Assembly (NCBI GenBank): GCA_036258195.1
Contig: DATAED010000164.1
Span: 1 to 55,460, forward strand
Direction of reading: 5' to 3'
DNA: 55,460 nt
DNA from: Ktedonobacterales bacterium
Lineage (GTDB): Bacteria; Chloroflexota; Ktedonobacteria; Ktedonobacterales; JADMIN01
Shown: positions 47,940 to 55,460 of the stretch, piece by piece
Numbering within the stretch: position 1 is the stretch's first letter
How the letters are laid out: each line of letters opens with the position of its first letter
The notes under the pieces: generated by a model
Told to the model about the DNA's origin: nothing
Databases searched by the model: none
The model's input: only the letters and a program-made list of their open reading frames with translations
Translations under genes and position numbers: made by a program

Positions 47940-48839
47940 TTACTCCGCAGCGGAGGCGGCGTCGCCAGTCGCGCTCATCTCGACGCTGAGGGGCGCGCCG
48001 CTCTCGCTGGCGAGCGTGGGGTGGGGGACGATGCGGCGCTGGTAGGTCGCGGAGCGAGCGTTGCGCCAGATGCGCATGAGGTCGCGTCCCATCGAGAAGG
48101 TATCGCGCAGGGGATGCACCTTGCTGCCAGACTTGTAGTACCAGGACACGGGCGCTTCACGGATGGAGTAGCCGCGTAGCTGGGCGACATAGAGCAATTC
48201 GACATCGAAGCCCCAGCCAGAGATCGTCTGATGTAAGAAGAGGTCAAGCGCCACCTCGCGGCGCAGACGCTTGAAGCCGCACTGCGTATCGCTAATGCCG
48301 GGCAGCAGCAGCCGTCGCACCGCAGCATTGAATGCGCGTCCCATCACATGGCGATAGAACGGCTCGCCGAAGCGCTGAGAGCCGGGAGCCTCACGCGAGG
48401 CGATCAGCACGTCGATGTCGGGGAATTCATCCGGATTGAAGCGCGCCAGCTCCGGGACGGGCATTGAGAAGTCGGCGTCAGCCAGAAAGATCCAGGCGCC
48501 CTGCGCCGCCAGCGCTCCTGCCTGCACGGCGGCGCCTTTGCCTGCGTGAGGAATCTCGATCAGCCGCAGCGCGTGCCAGCGGCCCATCCATGCGCGCACG
48601 ACGGCGGCGGTGGAGTCGTCGCTGCCGTCGTCCACTACGATGACCTCGGCGAGGTAGTCCTGTCGCGCGAGCTCATCGTGCAGGCGCGCGAAGCTCTCCG
48701 GCAGCCTGCGCGCTTCGTTGTAGGCCGGGATCACAATCGAGAATTGCGGTCGGGTCGCGACTGCGCTCACCAGCATCTCGCTTTCATCAGCCCCGGAACC
48801 GGGCGCACGTCTCGCGACCGCGCGCATAGCCTCACCCAT
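47940..48839 (-). CDS. Glycosyltransferase family 2 (polyprenol-phosphate glycosyltransferase-like)
   Basis: FSIVIPAYNE, VVDDGSDDST, and DADF (DXD) motifs. The start is uncertain: candidate ATGs at 48839, 48827 and 48776. The track start at 48953 would overlap lon. Confidence 0.8.
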   Translation of the reverse strand: MGEAMRAVARRAPGSGADESEMLVSAVATRPQFSIVIPAYNEARRLPESFARLHDELARQDYLAEVIVVDDGSDDSTAAVVRAWMGRWHALRLIEIPHAGKGAAVQAGALAAQGAWIFLADADFSMPVPELARFNPDEFPDIDVLIASREAPGSQRFGEPFYRHVMGRAFNAAVRRLLLPGISDTQCGFKRLRREVALDLFLHQTISGWGFDVELLYVAQLRGYSIREAPVSWYYKSGSKVHPLRDTFSMGRDLMRIWRNARSATYQRRIVPHPTLASESGAPLSVEMSATGDAASAAE

Positions 48840-48933
48840 ATAGAGTTGTACGCCGCAGTATACGCCTAACGCACGACAACCAGAAGAATGGCCCGGGCGC
48901 CAGAGCGCGTTCGTCGCTACGCCGCCAGTCAGA

Positions 48934-51501
48934 TCAGCCAGCGACGATGACATCGCGCGGCGCGCGAGCGCGTTCCAGGCGGCCAGCGGCGGCGATAGTC
49001 TCGCCGAGTGGGCGCGATGGCGTCGTGGCGCGCGTCAGCCCGCCGGAGACGTGTGGCGCTGGCTCGGGCGCAGGATGTCGCGCCGGAGCACGGAGCGCAT
49101 TACAGAGCACGTCATCCATCGTATCGACGGGAATGATCGTCAGCGCCTCCCTGACCTCCACAGGCAGCTCGTCGAGATCCTTGACATTGCGACGCGGCAG
49201 AATGACGGTCAGGATACCAGCGCGGTGCGCGGCGAGCGCTTTTTCTTTGACACCGCCAACGGGCAGCACACGCCCCCGTAGCGTGATTTCGCCCGTCATG
49301 GCGACATCGCGGCGTGTCTCGCGGCCAGTCAGCGCGGAGATCATGGCGATTGCCATCGTCACGCCAGCGGACGGCCCATCTTTGGGGATGCTGGCGGCTG
49401 GCAGGTGGACATGGATATCAGAGCGCTCGTAAAAGTCGGGCGCGAGGCCCAGAGCGTCGGCGCGGGCGCGAATGTAGGTCAGCGCGGCCTGCGCCGATTC
49501 TTTCATGACATCGCCGACCCGTCCCGTAAGCATGATGGCGCCGTGTCCCGCCACTGCCATGACCTCGACGGTCGTCAGATCGCCGCCAGCGGCAGTCCAG
49601 GCGAGGCCCGTCGCCACGCCGATCTCGTCGCGCTCCTCGGCCTCCGTAGGGAAGTGCTTCTGCTGGCCGAGATAGGCGGGAACGCGCTGCGCGGTGACGT
49701 GCGCCTTGTGGCGACGTCCTTCGGCCACGCGCCGCGCCACGCGCCGCATGATGGCCCCCAGCTCCCGCTCAAGGTTGCGCACGCCCGCTTCATAGGTGTA
49801 CTCGCGCACGATGCGACGCACGGCGTCATCGTCAATCTCGATGCGGGTCTCCGTCAGGCCAGCGTCTGCCATCTGCCGTGGGATGAGGAAGCGCCGGGCG
49901 ATGTGTACCTTCTCTTCCTCGGTGTAGCTGGGCAACTCGATGACCTCCATGCGGTCGCGCAGGGGCGACGGAATGGTGTCGAGCACATTGGCGGTCATGA
50001 TGAAGAGCGCCTGTGAGAGGTCGTAGGGAACCTCCAGGTAGTGATCGGAGAAGCTATTGTTCTGCTCAGGGTCGAGCGCTTCGAGCAGCGCGGCGGCGGG
50101 GTCGCCACGGAAGTCGGCGGCGAGCTTGTCGATCTCGTCGAGCACGAAGACCGGGTTGACCACCCTGGCCTGCTTCATCGCCTGGATGATGCGGCCAGGG
50201 AGCGCGCCGACGTAGGTGCGGCGATGGCCACGTATCTCGGCCTCATCGCGCACGCCGCCTAGCGAGACGCGCACAAACTTGCGCCCCAGCGCCTCGGCAA
50301 TGCTGCGGCCCAGCGAGGTCTTGCCAACGCCTGGAGGCCCGGCCAGACACAGGATCGGCGTGCGGCCCTCCGGTGCGAGCTTGCGCACAGCCATGTATTC
50401 GATGATGCGATCCTTAACCTTGTTCAGGCCATAGTGACGCTCATCCAGCAGTTCGGCGACACGGTGCAGATCGAGATGGTCTTGCGTGCGTGTCGTCCAG
50501 GGAAGCGAGGCGAGCCAGTCCAGATAGGCGCGCAGCACGCCATGTTCGGGCGCCATCGAGGGCATTGCTTCGAGGCGCTCAAGCTCATGCTCAGCTTTTT
50601 CGCGCGTCTCCTGCGGCATGCCGGTGGCTTCGATGCGGTCGCGCAGTTCCTGCACATCGCGCACAGCCGGATCGTGCCCAGTCAACTCGCGCTGGATGAC
50701 ACGCATCTGCTCGCGCAGGAAAAACTCGCGCTGGCCATTATCGACTTCTTGCTGCACGTCGTCCTGGATCTTCTTCTCCATCTCCAGCACGGTGCTCTCG
50801 CGCTGGAGGAGGATGAGGGTGCGGCGCAGCCGTTCGGCAGGGTCAAGTGTTTCGAGGATGTCCTGACGCACCTGAATGGGGGGCTCGAGCTGGGCTACCA
50901 CGTAGTCTGCGAGGGCTCCGGGACGATCGATATTGAGGGCCTGTATGTATGCTTCTTCGTTGAGCCGCTGGCTGAGCCTCGAGATGGCCCGAAATGTGCT
51001 GAGAACGGTGCGGGCAAGCGCCTCCAGTTGCGTCGAGTGGGATGCTGGCTCTTCGTAGGCGAGGCCGCGCACACGTCCGTAGGGCGCGCGCTGCACCCAC
51101 CGCTGGATGCGGAAGCGACGGACGCCCTGCACCATTACGCTGGTGGTATTATCGGGCATGCGCACTACTCGGTTGATAACACACTCTGTACCCCATTCGT
51201 AGATGTCCTGAGGAATGGGATCAGCGATATGCTCGGAGCGTTGCGCTACGATGAGGATGGTGTGGTCAATCGCGGTGGCGGCTTCGACAGCATTCAGAGC
51301 GGGCGCCTGGTCGACGAACAGAGGAGCCACCATTCGAGGCAAGAGGACGGTATTGCGCACGGGAAGGACGGGCAAGTCGCGCGCGAGACCGTCAGCCGGA
51401 TCATCGGAACCATGACGTAGGTCGTCAAGCCCGATGAAATCGCTTCCCAGGCTCGGCGTTACCGTTCGCGCGCGACGTCTGGGTCGGCGCTCATTCTCCA
51501 T
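48934..51501 (-). CDS. lon: ATP-dependent Lon protease (LonA)
   Basis: Lon N-domain ([13 protein letters not shown]), Walker [10 protein letters not shown], Walker B FVLDEIDK, and the protease motif [11 protein letters not shown] with K in the GGVKEK region. The ATG at 51501 follows AGGAGGAA. Confidence 0.96.
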   Translation of the reverse strand: MENERRPRRRARTVTPSLGSDFIGLDDLRHGSDDPADGLARDLPVLPVRNTVLLPRMVAPLFVDQAPALNAVEAATAIDHTILIVAQRSEHIADPIPQDIYEWGTECVINRVVRMPDNTTSVMVQGVRRFRIQRWVQRAPYGRVRGLAYEEPASHSTQLEALARTVLSTFRAISRLSQRLNEEAYIQALNIDRPGALADYVVAQLEPPIQVRQDILETLDPAERLRRTLILLQRESTVLEMEKKIQDDVQQEVDNGQREFFLREQMRVIQRELTGHDPAVRDVQELRDRIEATGMPQETREKAEHELERLEAMPSMAPEHGVLRAYLDWLASLPWTTRTQDHLDLHRVAELLDERHYGLNKVKDRIIEYMAVRKLAPEGRTPILCLAGPPGVGKTSLGRSIAEALGRKFVRVSLGGVRDEAEIRGHRRTYVGALPGRIIQAMKQARVVNPVFVLDEIDKLAADFRGDPAAALLEALDPEQNNSFSDHYLEVPYDLSQALFIMTANVLDTIPSPLRDRMEVIELPSYTEEEKVHIARRFLIPRQMADAGLTETRIEIDDDAVRRIVREYTYEAGVRNLERELGAIMRRVARRVAEGRRHKAHVTAQRVPAYLGQQKHFPTEAEERDEIGVATGLAWTAAGGDLTTVEVMAVAGHGAIMLTGRVGDVMKESAQAALTYIRARADALGLAPDFYERSDIHVHLPAASIPKDGPSAGVTMAIAMISALTGRETRRDVAMTGEITLRGRVLPVGGVKEKALAAHRAGILTVILPRRNVKDLDELPVEVREALTIIPVDTMDDVLCNALRAPARHPAPEPAPHVSGGLTRATTPSRPLGETIAAAGRLERARAPRDVIVAG

Positions 51502-51602
51502 GATCCGCTTCCTCCTGGTGGCGTCCACCGGAGCGCGTCGCTTGCATGCCACGCGCTACGAGCGCGGAATGCGCGGCGCTCGCCGGGCTCTCGCCTTCGT
51601 GC

Positions 51603-51631
51603 AGTATATCGCAGGCAGGCAAGCCGTACAA
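51603..51631 (-). promoter_or_regulatory. Candidate lon promoter (TTGTAC-N17-TATACT on the minus strand)
   Basis: The reverse complement gives TTGTAC (51626-51631), a 17-nt spacer, and TATACT (51603-51608), about 100 nt upstream of the lon ATG. Confidence 0.4.
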
Positions 51632-51764
51632 GCCAGCGTGTCGAGGCGCGTCCCGATTGATTTCACACGGTTCAAAACGTCTCACCAGCGCCCAGGGGTA
51701 CATGGCGAGCCAGATAGCGACCAGAGGTGGCAGAGAGCGATGTGTGGCGCGCTGTGATTCGTTA

Positions 51765-51995
51765 TTAACCGTCGAAAGGTGATCGGCGCGGCGTGTCGTG
51801 ACCGAGAGCGGGTGGGACTGTTGGAAGAGGAAAGAGGGACGCGAATGTCATGCTGATGTCGCATCGTGAGACTTCACGCGAACCATAGTCGTAGTCACAA
51901 CTGTGAGAGATGGTTGGAGACATGGGGCGCTCGGCGTAAAGTGTCACGCGGCGCCACTCGAACTGCCGGAATGGTGTCACATGATGTCGCAGCAT
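51765..51995 (-). CDS. Hypothetical small protein (76 aa) upstream of lon
   Basis: The ATG at 51995 is preceded by GGAGGT with 5-nt spacing. A TATACA -10-like box lies about 45 nt further upstream. I recognise no family, so coding status is unproven. Confidence 0.4.
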   Translation of the reverse strand: MLRHHVTPFRQFEWRRVTLYAERPMSPTISHSCDYDYGSREVSRCDISMTFASLFPLPTVPPALGHDTPRRSPFDG

Positions 51996-52254
51996 GTATG
52001 ACCTCCGGCTACGTTCGAACACCATCTAACGAAGGCGATGTATAGTAGATTGCGTGCGGTATTGAACTCTGGCATGACGTATGCAGCGGGGATGTGGAAG
52101 CGGTGGGGGTAGCGGTGGTGGCGGGCATTCAAGAATCTGGCCCCCCCTCTCATTGCAAAGGCTGCGTCGACGCGCGTTGCGAGTGGCGATACTCAGCACA
52201 CGTCCGAGCCAAGAGAGCATGCTGTTACCCAATCACCCGAAGGGGGCGATTCTA

Positions 52255-52467
52255 GTGGAGTTTGGATTCCCTGAGTGTCGGAAGTGTGGCAATGGTCATC
52301 TTGTGCCGCTGAGCGATTTTGGCTCTCAAGGGGCCTCGATCACCTACAAGGCCTGGATTTGCACCAATCCACAGTGCCTATTCAACATCAAAATCAGAAA
52401 CGGTGACCTGATCATCAACGAACCGGTTTCTGATGGCAGCATGTACACGCATCGCGCTCAGCGTTAA
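52255..52467 (+). CDS. Hypothetical zinc-ribbon miniprotein (about 70 aa)
   Basis: CRKC ... CTNPQC cysteine pairs. The GTG at 52255 lies 8 nt after AAGGGGG, with an alternative ATG at 52219. The region is low-GC. Confidence 0.5.
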   Translation: MEFGFPECRKCGNGHLVPLSDFGSQGASITYKAWICTNPQCLFNIKIRNGDLIINEPVSDGSMYTHRAQR

Positions 52468-52671
52468 CGACGCCGCGCATTCGTGACATCTCCCTTTCCC
52501 CAGTTCTGCACGCAGGCGCGATCTTGCGCGTTCGTGGAGTCGTGGGTCAGTGTGTGTCATGAATGCGCGGCGTTTTGCGCCAGTTGTGCCATAGTGAGAA
52601 CGGCGCATGCGCATCGGCGATGTCTCTCGGTGGCGTTGTCTCTGGACTGGTGAAGGGCAAGGGGTCTGGTC

Positions 52672-54006
52672 GTGTTCAAGCGATTGCGGGATGGCCTATT
52701 CAAGCGGCAGGACGCCGATGAAAACGAACAAATCGAACTAGGCGAACAGGACGAGCAGGACGAGCAGGGCGTAGAGGACGAGCTAGAAACGCCTGAAGCG
52801 CCATCCCCGGCAGAAGAAGCGACGCCGTTAACGGTCGAGTCCACACCCGCTGAGGCGCCTGCGGAGACGCCCACATCTGATGCGTCTGATGCGTCACACA
52901 AACTGGTCGCCAGCGCTCCAGTGTCAGTCGCGCCGCCCGCGCCCTTGCCTGCGTTTACCACCACAACTCCACCTGCGCCAGTCGCGCCGTCGCCAACCGA
53001 TGATGTGGCCGATGACGTATTCGGCGCGGATGACGAGCCAGCCGCCGCATCGACACCGGAAGCTCCAGAGCAGCGGCGAGGTTTGTTCAACCCGTTCAAG
53101 CTAACACTGGGACGGACGCGGCAGTTATTCGGTCGGGTCAACGATTCGCTCGCGCACGAGGAGATTACCGAGGATCTCTGGGATGAGCTGGAAGAAACGC
53201 TCATCAGCAGCGATGTGGGCGTGCAGACTACCGAGCGCCTGATGAGCATCTTGCATGAGCGTGTCACCGCCGAGCAGATGACGCGCGGCTCCGAGCTGCG
53301 CGCGGCGCTCAAAGAAGAGCTAGAGCTGCTGCTGGGCGAACCGGAGCCGCTGATCTTCTCGGAATCCTCGCCCATCACGGTGTTGCTCTTTGTCGGGGTC
53401 AACGGCGTCGGCAAGACCACCAGCATCGCCAAGCTGGCGAGCCTGCTCAAGAAGCAGAAGCATCGCGTCATGCTGGCTGCTGGCGATACCTTCCGGGCCG
53501 CCGCCGTCGAGCAGCTCAAGACCTGGGGCGAGCGCGTGGGCGTCCCGGTCATCGCCCACCAGCAGGGGGTTGATCCAAAATCGGTGGCTGATCCGGCTGC
53601 TGTGGTGTTCGACGCGATGCAGGCGGCGCAGGCGCGCGGGACTGATGTGCTGATCGTGGACACGGCGGGTCGTCTGCACACCAAGGTCAACCTGATGGAC
53701 GAGCTGAAGAAGATCGTTCGCGTGCTGCAGAAGTATGATCCAGAGGCGCCGCACGAGGTGCTGCTTGTGCTCGACGCGACCACCGGGCAGAACGGGCTGG
53801 CGCAGGCCAAGCAATTTGTCCAGGATGCGGGCGTCAGCGGCGTGATCTTGACGAAGCTCGACGGCACGGCGCGCGGCGGCATCGTCTTTGCCATCGCCTC
53901 GGAGCTGGGTCTGCCGATCAAGTTTATCGGCACGGGCGAGCGGGTCAATGACATCGCGCCATTCAACGTGGAGCAGTTCATCAATGCGCTGTTCGACGAA
54001 GACTAG
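52672..54006 (+). CDS. ftsY: Signal recognition particle receptor FtsY
   Basis: Acidic N-terminal A-domain, then NG domain motifs: GVNGVGKTTSIAKLA, DTAGR, TKLDGTARGG. Confidence 0.96.
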   Translation: MFKRLRDGLFKRQDADENEQIELGEQDEQDEQGVEDELETPEAPSPAEEATPLTVESTPAEAPAETPTSDASDASHKLVASAPVSVAPPAPLPAFTTTTPPAPVAPSPTDDVADDVFGADDEPAAASTPEAPEQRRGLFNPFKLTLGRTRQLFGRVNDSLAHEEITEDLWDELEETLISSDVGVQTTERLMSILHERVTAEQMTRGSELRAALKEELELLLGEPEPLIFSESSPITVLLFVGVNGVGKTTSIAKLASLLKKQKHRVMLAAGDTFRAAAVEQLKTWGERVGVPVIAHQQGVDPKSVADPAAVVFDAMQAAQARGTDVLIVDTAGRLHTKVNLMDELKKIVRVLQKYDPEAPHEVLLVLDATTGQNGLAQAKQFVQDAGVSGVILTKLDGTARGGIVFAIASELGLPIKFIGTGERVNDIAPFNVEQFINALFDED

Positions 54007-54164
54007 CGCTGGGTCGCGCGCGGTTTGGAAAGTGTTAGCCAGTTGACGATATCGCTCAAATGCGCGATGATAACGAGACTTTGCAGGCGTTTTCATCGTT
54101 TGCCAGATTGAGGGAGTTGCTGTGCCAGCGAGCGCCCTATCGTGCCGACGGGGGTACATGACAT

Positions 54165-55052
54165 ATGAGGGATGAGTCGCAGCCTGCGCTGACGGTTGCG
54201 CAGTCGAATGGATCGCATCCTGCGGACGCATTAGGTCGCGCGCTGCCAGATAATCTCGCAGCCAAATGTCCCAACTGTCGTGAGTTGTTGCTTGGGAAAG
54301 ATCTGGAAAAGAATAATAAGGTCTGCCCCAAGTGCGGCCACCATTTCCGCCTCTCGGCTCCTGAGCGTATCGAGTTGCTGCTGGATTCCGACTCATTTCA
54401 AGAATTCGCGAGCGATCTGCGGGCCAATGATCTGCTGCACTTTGTCGCGCGCTCAGGCGCGTACGCTGACAAGCTCGTGAGCGAGCGCGAGAAGACCGGC
54501 CTGAACGACGCCGTCGTGGTCGGCGAGGGGACGCTCGATGGCATGCGGCTGGTGCTGGCGGTGATGGACTTCCGCTTCATTGGTGGCAGCATGGGCTCGG
54601 TGGTGGGCGAGAAGCTGACCAGGGCTATCGAGCGCGCGACTGAGGAGCGCATCCCGCTGATCATCGTGTCGGCCTCAGGCGGGGCGCGGCAGCAGGAAGG
54701 CACTGTCTCGCTGATGCAGATGGCCAAGACGAGCGCGGCCCTGGCGCGGCTGGCGGATGCGGGCGTGCTGTATGTCTCAGTGCTCACTGATCCGACGACT
54801 GCTGGCATCTCGGCCAGCTTCGCGTTCCTGGGTGACGTCATTCTGGCGGAGCCAGGCGCGCTGATCGGCTTTGCGGGGCCGCGCGTGATCGAACAGATGA
54901 TGCATCAGCGTCTGCCGAAAGACGTGAACACGGCAGAATTCGTGCTGAAGCATGGTATGATTGATGGCATCACACATCGTCGGGAGATGCGCGCCACGCT
55001 TGCGCGCCTCCTTCGCCTGCACCGCGGGTCTGGCGCACAAGCGGGCGCTTGA
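54165..55052 (+). CDS. accD: Acetyl-CoA carboxylase carboxyltransferase subunit beta
   Basis: N-terminal zinc ribbon CPNC...CPKCGHH, and the carboxyltransferase core FIGGSMG. Confidence 0.94.
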   Translation: MRDESQPALTVAQSNGSHPADALGRALPDNLAAKCPNCRELLLGKDLEKNNKVCPKCGHHFRLSAPERIELLLDSDSFQEFASDLRANDLLHFVARSGAYADKLVSEREKTGLNDAVVVGEGTLDGMRLVLAVMDFRFIGGSMGSVVGEKLTRAIERATEERIPLIIVSASGGARQQEGTVSLMQMAKTSAALARLADAGVLYVSVLTDPTTAGISASFAFLGDVILAEPGALIGFAGPRVIEQMMHQRLPKDVNTAEFVLKHGMIDGITHRREMRATLARLLRLHRGSGAQAGA

Positions 55053-55088
55053 TCGCTCGTCAATGGTGGGTTGAGGAAGGACTGAGCG

Positions 55089-55460
55089 ATGGCATACGAG
55101 CTAGACTTCGAGCGGCCACTCGCGGATATAGAGAAGCGCATTGCGCAGGTTCAGAAGCGCGGCGAGCGCATGCGGCCCGACGACCGGGCGCAGATGGCTG
55201 AACTGCAGCGTGAGCTGAAGCGCCGCACCGAAGAAATTTACTCGTCGCTGACGCCGTGGCAGCGGGTGCAGGTAGCGCGCTTCCGCGACCGTCCCTACAC
55301 CAACGACTACATCAAGCGCATGTGCGATGAGTATTTCGAGATGCGCGGTGACCGCCGCTACTCCGATGACCGCGCCATTCAGGGCGGCGTGGCGAGCATT
55401 GGCGGTCAGACAGTCGTGCTGATGGGACACCAGAAGGGACGTGACCTGAAGGAGCGCGAG
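55089..55460 (+). CDS. accA: Acetyl-CoA carboxylase carboxyltransferase subunit alpha (5' partial, runs off window)
   Basis: LDFERPLADIEKRI, LTPWQRVQVARFRDRPYTNDYI, GDRRYSDDRAIQGG, and GHQKGRD. The frame stays open to the window end, so it is absent from the ORF track. Confidence 0.9.
   Translation, partial: MAYELDFERPLADIEKRIAQVQKRGERMRPDDRAQMAELQRELKRRTEEIYSSLTPWQRVQVARFRDRPYTNDYIKRMCDEYFEMRGDRRYSDDRAIQGGVASIGGQTVVLMGHQKGRDLKERE

Noticed and set aside
52081-52140. G-run tract (GCGGGGATGTGGAAGCGGTGGGGGTAGCGGTGGTGGCGGG) as a G-quadruplex, or as the Gly-rich start of a 128-aa ORF.
   Set aside because: The G-runs are short and irregular. The Gly-rich N-terminus has no SD and is better treated as non-coding leader of the zinc-ribbon ORF. 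It is mentioned only as part of the spacer finding.

Overview
This is a high-GC (roughly 65%) bacterial chromosomal window dominated by core housekeeping and bioenergetic genes. I did not recognise a transposase, integrase, CRISPR array, or any known defence or mobile system.

**Main content, left to right**
- A GPR1/FUN34/YaaH-type acetate/succinate channel.
- A long Bacillus-type SRP RNA with its own promoter, directly upstream of dnaX.
- A block of small accessory enzymes: PLP dehydratase, tandem USP, P-loop kinase, ArsC, tRNA-Glu(UUC), a response regulator, an SDR-CapA-GT4 operon, and a small-ORF-DUF62-SixA operon.
- A complete F1Fo ATP synthase operon (atpZ-B-E-F-H-A-G-D-C, 14.4-22.1 kb) ending in a perfect bidirectional terminator.
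- An accessory stretch (22-32 kb): two orphan receiver proteins, an orphan ThiF-type E1, a Q/G-rich small protein, DUF1963, a secreted HNH lipoprotein, an unusual PadR plus ABC exporter, a low-GC HEAT-like gene and a tandem GNAT.
- A complete 14-gene NDH-1 operon (nuoA-N, 32.5-47.9 kb).
- A GT2 glycosyltransferase, lon, a low-GC 1.1 kb spacer with two divergent small ORFs, ftsY, accD and the 5' part of accA.

The Gram-positive-type SRP RNA, the SRP RNA-dnaX synteny and the protein styles suggest a Chloroflexota-like (Ktedonobacteria/Thermogemmatispora-type) organism. That is a low-confidence inference.

**Candidates worth follow-up (all unproven)**
- The low-GC lon-ftsY spacer, with a zinc-ribbon miniprotein and a second small ORF that has a strong SD.
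- The DUF1963 / secreted HNH lipoprotein pair.
- A 104-nt element closed by a perfect 17-bp inverted repeat upstream of the atp operon.
- A W-rich/His-rich PadR with a palindromic operator.
- A Gly-rich insertion in the otherwise invariant AtpD segment.
- A REP-like hairpin family.

Many long antisense ORFs in the supplied track are high-GC artefacts.
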